Shown here piece after piece: positions 10,325 to 17,892 of a DNA stretch of 64,000 nt. Below the pieces are notes generated by a model. The model was not told the origin of the DNA and did no database searches. It was given only the letters and a program-made list of their open reading frames with translations. The position numbers were made by a program, and so were the translations under genes. The DNA is taken from contig CP147780.1 of NCBI GenBank assembly GCA_037310415.1, positions 2,080,001 through 2,144,000 of the forward strand, read 5' to 3'. Position 1 is the stretch's first letter. The number at the start of each line of letters is the position of its first letter. The DNA comes from Candidatus Atabeyarchaeum deiterrae (GTDB lineage Archaea; Asgardarchaeota; Atabeyarchaeia; Atabeyarchaeales; Atabeyarchaeaceae).

Positions 10325-10503
10325 CACGTGATCTCTTGGGCGTACTGCCTTACGTAGCGTTTATCTACTTATTCGCAGCTATTTTCCTAGAAACGTGAAT
10401 GGGGAATGGTTCTTCCTTACGGTGACCAGTCGCGGCTGGCAATACGTATAGTCCTAGAAGGCATCCAGTCTGCCAATAGTCGTACTCAGGGTGTGTAATT
10501 GCT

Positions 10504-13500
10504 GTGAAAGCTACAAATAACGAGGGCTCAGCGAAGAAAGTGATCAGATCCGGACATTACTTTTTGTTCGACTTGGATGACCGAGTCATCCACTCTAGAT
10601 TAAGTGAAGCAAATGGAGTGAAGATAAAGAGTCAGAGTTTTCCAGCAGCTAGGCTTAGTTCACTCGTTTTTGGCGCTATGATCTCCGACAGGCGGGTGTA
10701 CAATCCGAACGACACGATTAGAATTCTCGTGGCGTCTCCTGGCGGTGCAGGGAGAGGCGCTCACTTGGATATTCTTTATGGCGGAAAGCGCGAGGTGCTG
10801 AGCGACAACTTTGTGCTTGACGATTACGGTGTCCACCTGTGCGAGTTGAAGGGAATAGAAGAAACAGGTGAATACACAGCGACTGTTACCACCTCTGCCA
10901 CTGTCGGGAGTGGCAAGAACACGCAGGTGGAGACGAAATCATTCAACTGTGACTTCACTATTGCCCAGCATACCCTTAGTCCCCTACTAGTTCAGATCAA
11001 GAAGCAGGTTATCAGCGGAGATACGTTGGACGCTGAGCTTCTTGCTACCGTGCTGAACCAACCGTACACCGGCTCTATGAGAGTTGGATTGTATTGTGAT
11101 TACTGTAAGCAAGTCGTAAACGAGATGTCCGCCGAGACCAAAAAAGGCTCCTTCAGTCTCAAAATAGGTTTGAGTGGGCATACGGGTCCATTCAGACTCG
11201 AATTCTCCACTCCAGACGGAAACACAGCTTCCGTGTCACTTCAATCTACAAGGGTTGAGGAGCGCCAAGAGATCCAAGTTGGCAACCTCGGAGAAATCGT
11301 GAATGTCGCTCTTATCCCAATACCTGACGGAACGAATGTTCGGGGAATCAACTGGGCGCCTCGAGGTACGTCAACAGCTCCCGTGATCGTCAAGAGCGCA
11401 GAGTCCGACAGAATTGATGTGCATGTTGCAAGGAATCTCGACTACGTCTATGTTCACTCAGTTAACCCGTTCACGAAGGAGGCGAAGCAGTGGTTCAAAG
11501 GTCCCGTCAAAGAAGGTGAAGAGTATTCTTTCAAGAATAGCGCGCCATACCAGATCGTCTTGGTTGGATGCATAATCAATGCTAAGGAGCAAGCCTTGTT
11601 CGAAGGCAGAACCATAGTCTTCTGCCCGGAGGAGCTTGAAGTCAAAGTCAGTGCTCCCTCGAAAGTTGAGCCAAGCGAAGAAGTAACGATCACCCTAGAG
11701 ACAAACAAGAAGGCACAGTGCCTCCTCATGGTGTTCGATGAGAGACTCGATACCGAGAACATCACTGGCAAACTTGGAAAAGACATCTACAATCAAATCA
11801 AAACGCTTGGAAGCATCGAGGAACTGATGATGCAATTTGAGCCAAAAAGAGAGGAAGTATTAGAGGCGAGGGAGATGACCCGTCCTTCTGGAACGGGCAG
11901 TCGTCCCTACTCCGCTCAGCCATCAGCGGTCCCGCCCATGGTCAAGATGGCTGCAAGAGCCATGGCTGCTCCACTGCCTTCGGCGCTTATGAAGTCAGGA
12001 ACAGCCCGCTCCTACGCCGCTGCAGACATTGGAACCGTTGCCGCAATGATAACTGCTGAAATGCCAGCATATATGGCTGCTGCGCCCAGGAGGGCATGGT
12101 TCCCCAAGATACTTGCTTGCAAGCTGATAGAAGTTGAGGGAGTTCACGAAGAACGCGTTAGACTCGGTGATACCATAACGAAGTGGAAGGTTCAAGTGTA
12201 CGCCTTTGCTGACCTCGACTACATATCGAACTCAATTGACATCGAAGCTGATAGGAGTGTAGTGGTTGATGTCGACGTCCCTTCGATGATAGATGAAGGG
12301 GATGAGTACTATGGTAAAGCAGTTTACCATGTTGCTGAGGGGAAAGCAAAATTGCGGGTAAAGCTTCCTGACGGGAGCTTCTATGAAGGAGAAGTCGAGG
12401 GAGATGGATTTCGGGAATTCAAGCTCCCAGGACCAGGCACTGTTGAAGCCGAGTTGACTTCTCCCAAGGGAAGCGACTCGATAGTGAAGAGCGTAGACCC
12501 ACAAGTAAGTGAGAAGGTAACGGTTTCAGCTCTAAGCCTCTTGGAGAAAGGTGAGGAGCTACCAATCGATGTCGATAGAAAAGTCTTCATTTACACAAAT
12601 GTGAAATCACTACTCTCCTATTCAGTGAGGTCACTTATCCAATACCCATTTGGGTGCGCTGAGCAGACGAGCGCAAAGCTCTGTGGACTTGCAGTGGCAT
12701 GGGAATTCGGAGAAAACACAAATGAAATAGCACAGATGATCGACGCTGGACTCTCAAGGATGACCAAGTTCATACAACAGGATGGACTCTACTCACTTTG
12801 GGAGGGCGCCAAAGAAGGAACCCCTGAAGTCACAAAGAAAGTCCTGAAGAACCTGTCACCCCTAATAAGACTCGGGCGATTCAAAGAAAAGACAACACCT
12901 CTCATAGAGAAACCCGTGCAGGAACTTGAAAAGAGGAAAGTCGCAGACAACACGCTACTCTCTCTCAGCGAGAAGTTCATGGCACCCATGACGACCGTTG
13001 AGGACGCAGCCAACATAGCCATCTACAGCGGAGGAAAACGCAAGGAAGCGTTGAAGTTCATAGAATCGAAGGCGGTCGAAGGGTCAGGGGGCACAGAGGT
13101 CCACTGGGAACCCGCTCAGGCAACATGGGGTGGAGTTCTCGAATCAACAGCTACATGCCTTCGCGCTCTTCACGCATCGGCTGACGACAAACATCAAACC
13201 CTCTTCAGGAAGGGCTTCAAGTTTGTGGGAAAGAGGATTGTTGGGGGAAGACTGCACTCGACAGCGGATACAAGAGCATTGATCGAACTCTTCGGTGCAA
13301 TGAAAGATATGGATACCAAACCGAAGTTCTATTATCAAACATACATGAAGAGCGATCCAAGCACGCCAGTGACCAAGACGGAGAAGGACTTCGAATCAGG
13401 TGACTCCAATGGGATCATTGCTGTCGACGACGAAGCCGAAAGCGACATGTCAGCAAAGGGAAGAAGGCTCATAGCACACAGCATGCTTTTCGCTAGAGTC

Positions 13501-13851
13501 GACGGCATTGAAGTCATAGATTACAAGAAGACCAAGTCCAACTTCAACTTCGACATGAAACTTGAGAAAATGTCGCTGAAGCTTGGCGAACGCATAAAAC
13601 TCACATTGACCCCAAAGGACCAGTCAATATGCCCAGTATCCAAGGTATTTCTGCCGGCTAACGTGGCCTTCTTGGAAGGAGGAGTAAACGTCCAGACGAT
13701 ATCGAAACCTATAACTGAAGGAAGCATCGTCCTAGACCTCATAGGAACGGCACGCGGAAAATGCAGACTTTACGCCGTGCTTTACGACATGTACGACTCA
13801 AACATGGTCGGGGTCGCAATCCCGGCACGAGTGGACGTCACGTCCCCTTAA
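10504..13851 (+). CDS. alpha-2-macroglobulin/thioester-containing protein, paralog 1
   Basis: MG2-like SDRRVYNPNDTI; bait-like low-complexity segment; RRAWFP..LGDTITKWKVQVYAF A2M motif; YPFGCAEQT thioester; QQDGLYSLW TED motif. Confidence 0.85.
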   Translation: MKATNNEGSAKKVIRSGHYFLFDLDDRVIHSRLSEANGVKIKSQSFPAARLSSLVFGAMISDRRVYNPNDTIRILVASPGGAGRGAHLDILYGGKREVLSDNFVLDDYGVHLCELKGIEETGEYTATVTTSATVGSGKNTQVETKSFNCDFTIAQHTLSPLLVQIKKQVISGDTLDAELLATVLNQPYTGSMRVGLYCDYCKQVVNEMSAETKKGSFSLKIGLSGHTGPFRLEFSTPDGNTASVSLQSTRVEERQEIQVGNLGEIVNVALIPIPDGTNVRGINWAPRGTSTAPVIVKSAESDRIDVHVARNLDYVYVHSVNPFTKEAKQWFKGPVKEGEEYSFKNSAPYQIVLVGCIINAKEQALFEGRTIVFCPEELEVKVSAPSKVEPSEEVTITLETNKKAQCLLMVFDERLDTENITGKLGKDIYNQIKTLGSIEELMMQFEPKREEVLEAREMTRPSGTGSRPYSAQPSAVPPMVKMAARAMAAPLPSALMKSGTARSYAAADIGTVAAMITAEMPAYMAAAPRRAWFPKILACKLIEVEGVHEERVRLGDTITKWKVQVYAFADLDYISNSIDIEADRSVVVDVDVPSMIDEGDEYYGKAVYHVAEGKAKLRVKLPDGSFYEGEVEGDGFREFKLPGPGTVEAELTSPKGSDSIVKSVDPQVSEKVTVSALSLLEKGEELPIDVDRKVFIYTNVKSLLSYSVRSLIQYPFGCAEQTSAKLCGLAVAWEFGENTNEIAQMIDAGLSRMTKFIQQDGLYSLWEGAKEGTPEVTKKVLKNLSPLIRLGRFKEKTTPLIEKPVQELEKRKVADNTLLSLSEKFMAPMTTVEDAANIAIYSGGKRKEALKFIESKAVEGSGGTEVHWEPAQATWGGVLESTATCLRALHASADDKHQTLFRKGFKFVGKRIVGGRLHSTADTRALIELFGAMKDMDTKPKFYYQTYMKSDPSTPVTKTEKDFESGDSNGIIAVDDEAESDMSAKGRRLIAHSMLFARVDGIEVIDYKKTKSNFNFDMKLEKMSLKLGERIKLTLTPKDQSICPVSKVFLPANVAFLEGGVNVQTISKPITEGSIVLDLIGTARGKCRLYAVLYDMYDSNMVGVAIPARVDVTSP

Positions 13852-14068
13852 CCTTGCTGGGATGCACCGATTCAGCCTCTCACCGTCACCGGAGTCAGTC
13901 GTGTGGAACCTTCATACTTTCCTGCTATTCGAATCGTTCTTTCCTCTGATTAATCGCGTCTTGCGAACCAAACGCAATTAGTGTTATGGCAACGAAACAG
14001 AGACACACTTTGTCAGTGATACTCTACTTAAGTATGCTCGCGCGTGGTATTAAACAAGGTCACTCTGT

Positions 14069-17000
14069 TTGATTAGTAGCGTGTTAAGGACGTGGGCAGT
14101 TTTGGAAGATCGGAGTGGGGGAGACAAACCAGTAAAGGGTATCAGAGCTGCACATTATTTCCTGTTTGATCTGCAAGATGTAAACATTTATCCCAGATTC
14201 AGCGAATCAAAAGAAGAAATAAAAGTCAAAGGTCAGAGTTACCCGACAGCGAAGATAGAATCGCTTCTATATGGTGCCTTGATCTCCGACAAGCGCGCCT
14301 ATGTTCCCGGAGATACCGTGAGACTTCTAGTTGCTTCTCCCGGCGGCGCCGGAGTACATGCTAGCCTAGAGGTTACCTTTGAAGGTCAACGAACAATACT
14401 AGCTGACGAATTCATACTCGACGACTATGGCGTATACCTATACGAGCTGAAAGGTCTCGAAGAGTCAGGCACGTATACTGCCACAATCGTAACTAACGTG
14501 ACCCCTCCTCACAAGGACGTCCAAGCAGATAGAAAAGTCTTCAGTTGTGACTTTGCTGTAACCCGGCGCACACTGAATCCTCTATCGGTTCAACTCAAGA
14601 GGCTGACTATCAGCGGAGACTCGCTAGATGCTGTAATTGTGGTTACGGTTCTCAACCAGCCGTATACTGGCTCCATCCGAATCAGGTTCTATTGCGATTA
14701 TTGCAGACAGATAATAAACGAAATGTCCGCGGAAGCCAGGAAGGGCTTATTCTACCTTAAGATCGGCCTGAGAACGCACACTGGACCATTCCGACTTGAA
14801 TTCACTACGGCTGATGGAAATACTGCTTCCTTGACACTGCAATCCATTGGCGCTGAGCAGCAACGAGAGATCCAAGTTGGTAATCTCGGCGAAGTCGTAA
14901 ATGTCGCCCCCACGCCGATGCCAGATGGTAGAAATTTGAGAGGTATTTACAGGGCGAGCCGTGGCGTGTCGGCTACCCCGATAATTGTCAAAGGAGGAGT
15001 CTCAGACAAAGTTCGATTGCAGGCTACTAGCGCCCTTGATTACGCCTGTATGTACGCCTTCAATCCATTAACGAAGAAAGTCAAGCAATGGTCTAAGAAG
15101 CGTGTCAAAGAGGATGATGAGTTCCTTTTCGACAACAGTGCGCCTTACGAAATCATTCTGGTCGGATGCATAATCAATGCCAAGGAAGAAACAGTGTTTG
15201 AAGGTAGAACTGTTGTCTTCTACCCAGAGGAACTTGAGGTCAAACTCAGCACACCGCCAAAAGCGCAGCCTAATGAGGAAGTGAGAGTTGCCTTAGAGAC
15301 GAGTAAGACAGCTCAGTGTCTCCTCATGGTTTATGACGTAAGGCTTGATACTGAAAATCTGACCAGCAAACTTGGAAATGATCTCTACACTCAAATAGCC
15401 ACGCTTGAAGCCATCGAGGAACCCGGAACTCGATACCAGCAAAGAAGAGAAGAAGCCCAATTCGGTAAGGATGCAACAGACTTACCCTCAGGCGTTCATG
15501 TCGCCCACCCAGTTGGCTCGCTTGGGGTCCAACCCGAGCCGAAGACTGCTGGGAGAGTGATGTCTGCTCTGCCACCCACGCCTGTTATGAGACTTCGAGC
15601 TGACATGTCTGAAGCGTCGGCTGCAAGAGCGCTTGCATCTATTGTCGCTTCTGAAATACCAGTTCAACTGGTTACTGCACCGAGACGAGCATTGTTTCCA
15701 GAAATCCTCGCATGCAAGCTAATTGAGGTCGATCGAGTTCACGAAGAACTCGTCAAGCTCGGCGATACCATAGGGAAGTGGAAAGTACAGGTGTACGCTT
15801 TTGCTGACCTCGACTACATTTCAAAGTCTTCTGAAATTACCGCTGACAAAACGGTGGCAATTGACATTGACATCCCCACCATGATAGAAGAAGGCGATGA
15901 GTACTATGGAAAAGCAATCTACCACGCAGCGGAAGGAAAAGCGAGACTACTTGTCAAGTTGCCTGATGGAACTACCTATGAGGATGAGGTTGAGGGTGAC
16001 GGTATCAGGGAATTCAGGTTATCCAGACCAGGCAAAGTTGAGGCTCAGCTGACTTCACCTAGTGGCGTCGACTCAATAATGAAGAGCATGGACTCCCAGT
16101 TGAGTGAAAAAGTGACAGTCTCAACGCTGACCTCGCTCGAGAAGGGCGACGAGCTATGCATTGAAGCTGGCAAGAAGTTATCTATCTACAATTCCATGAG
16201 ACCGTTGATCTCGGAATTGGCTAAGGCATTATGCCAGTATCCGTTCGAGTGTTCAGAGCAGACCAGCGCAAAGCTCTGTGGACTTGCAGTAGCATGGGAA
16301 TCCGGCGAAAGGACCAAAGAAGCAGCACAGATGATCGACGCTGGACTCGCAAGAATGGCGAAGTTTCTGCATCCAGATGCGCTCTACTCTCTTTGGGAGA
16401 ACGCTAAACTAGGAACCGCTGAAGTCACAGCAAAAGTGCTGAGGAATCTAGCACCGATTAGGAGAATAGACAGATTCGAGGAAAAGGTGAACCCGCTCAT
16501 AGTGAAATCTTTACAAGAGTTGCTTAGGAGAGACGTCCTGGATAACTCGCTACTCTCACTCAGCGAGAGATTCATGGCTCCGATATCAACCGTTGAGGAC
16601 GCGGCGAATATCGCTACATACAGAGAAATAAGGGGTGGAATGCGAAGAGGGGCCCTCGAATTCATCGAGTCCAAGGCAATCGGGGAACTTAGTGGAGACG
16701 AAGTCTACTGGGAGCCCTCAAGAGCATCTTGGGGTGGAGTTCTTGAAGCGACGGCTACTTGCTTGCGCGCACTTTATGAATCAAGCGATGAAAATCGTCG
16801 CTTTCTTTTCAAGAAAGGCTTCAAATTCGTGACAAAGAGACTTGCAAACAGTAGACTTCATTCGACAGCGGACACTAGAGCACTAATCGAGCTTTTCGCT
16901 GCAATGAAAGACGTCGGTGCGCGACCAAGGTTTTCCTATCAGACCTACGTCAAGGCCAATCCAGCTTCTCCAGTCATAAAGACAGAGAGAGATCTCACAA

Positions 17001-17455
17001 TAGGCAAGTCGGATGTTTTCATTCCAATCGATGACGAAGTCCACACTGACATATCCTCGCCGGGCAGAAAACTCACCGCACGTAGCCAACTTTTTGTGAG
17101 AATCGATGGCACCGAAACGGTAGACTATAAGAAGGTCAGGTCAACTTTTGACTTCGATGCCAAGCTCGACAGGATGATTCTGAAACTCGGACAGCGAGTA
17201 AAACTGACAGTGACACCGAGACACGAGTCAAGATGCCCAGTTGTTAGAGTCTTCCTCGCGCCTAACCTAATCTCTCTAGAGGGCGAAGTGAACATGCAAA
17301 CAATATCAAAACCCATGGTAGAAGGAAGCATCGAGCTTGATTTGCTGGCGGCAAGTCGTGGAAGATCTAGACTCTATGTAATGCTATATGACATGTACGA
17401 GCCGAACATGATTGGTATCACTATTCCGATCGGGATAACGGTGACGCTGCCATGA
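14069..17455 (+). CDS. alpha-2-macroglobulin/thioester-containing protein, paralog 2
   Basis: Colinear with paralog 1; SDKRAYVPGDTV, RRALFPE..LGDTIGKW, YPFECSEQT. Confidence 0.85.
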   Translation: MISSVLRTWAVLEDRSGGDKPVKGIRAAHYFLFDLQDVNIYPRFSESKEEIKVKGQSYPTAKIESLLYGALISDKRAYVPGDTVRLLVASPGGAGVHASLEVTFEGQRTILADEFILDDYGVYLYELKGLEESGTYTATIVTNVTPPHKDVQADRKVFSCDFAVTRRTLNPLSVQLKRLTISGDSLDAVIVVTVLNQPYTGSIRIRFYCDYCRQIINEMSAEARKGLFYLKIGLRTHTGPFRLEFTTADGNTASLTLQSIGAEQQREIQVGNLGEVVNVAPTPMPDGRNLRGIYRASRGVSATPIIVKGGVSDKVRLQATSALDYACMYAFNPLTKKVKQWSKKRVKEDDEFLFDNSAPYEIILVGCIINAKEETVFEGRTVVFYPEELEVKLSTPPKAQPNEEVRVALETSKTAQCLLMVYDVRLDTENLTSKLGNDLYTQIATLEAIEEPGTRYQQRREEAQFGKDATDLPSGVHVAHPVGSLGVQPEPKTAGRVMSALPPTPVMRLRADMSEASAARALASIVASEIPVQLVTAPRRALFPEILACKLIEVDRVHEELVKLGDTIGKWKVQVYAFADLDYISKSSEITADKTVAIDIDIPTMIEEGDEYYGKAIYHAAEGKARLLVKLPDGTTYEDEVEGDGIREFRLSRPGKVEAQLTSPSGVDSIMKSMDSQLSEKVTVSTLTSLEKGDELCIEAGKKLSIYNSMRPLISELAKALCQYPFECSEQTSAKLCGLAVAWESGERTKEAAQMIDAGLARMAKFLHPDALYSLWENAKLGTAEVTAKVLRNLAPIRRIDRFEEKVNPLIVKSLQELLRRDVLDNSLLSLSERFMAPISTVEDAANIATYREIRGGMRRGALEFIESKAIGELSGDEVYWEPSRASWGGVLEATATCLRALYESSDENRRFLFKKGFKFVTKRLANSRLHSTADTRALIELFAAMKDVGARPRFSYQTYVKANPASPVIKTERDLTIGKSDVFIPIDDEVHTDISSPGRKLTARSQLFVRIDGTETVDYKKVRSTFDFDAKLDRMILKLGQRVKLTVTPRHESRCPVVRVFLAPNLISLEGEVNMQTISKPMVEGSIELDLLAASRGRSRLYVMLYDMYEPNMIGITIPIGITVTLP

Positions 17456-17487
17456 ATCCCAGAGGCAAAACCTTACCAAGTTATGTA

Positions 17488-17850
17488 TCATGGCAAAGCT
17501 AGGTCAACAGTCTTAGTCTGTGTTCTCCCGGCAACTAGTATGGTGTAGTTTCTCTGCGGTAATATGAGCCATTTGACTGACAATACATATTGTCCATTGT
17601 AAGCATGTGCGAAGGTTATCTGCCCACCCACTGTTATACCTGATCTCTCTACAATCCGACCTGTTGCATCATAGAGCGTCACTTGGGCTTCACCATAAGG
17701 GTATCGAGATATGCTATATGAGTTGTATGTGACATTCAGCGTGAAGTCTGTGTAGAGTAAAACGTCCACCATAATTCCCGCGAAAACCCCAAAGACCATA
17801 ACTGAAACGAATGCGATGGCGAGAAGCTTCCTTGCCCTAACTTTCAACAT
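17488..17850 (-). CDS. membrane-anchored beta-sandwich protein (carboxypeptidase-regulatory-like domain)
   Basis: N-terminal TM; AQVTLYD..T..GQITF..GQYVLSV pattern. Confidence 0.55.
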   Translation of the reverse strand: MLKVRARKLLAIAFVSVMVFGVFAGIMVDVLLYTDFTLNVTYNSYSISRYPYGEAQVTLYDATGRIVERSGITVGGQITFAHAYNGQYVLSVKWLILPQRNYTILVAGRTQTKTVDLALP

Positions 17851-17892
17851 TTCCCTCTCCCATACTTAACAAACATGAGGTGAAAGGTGATG

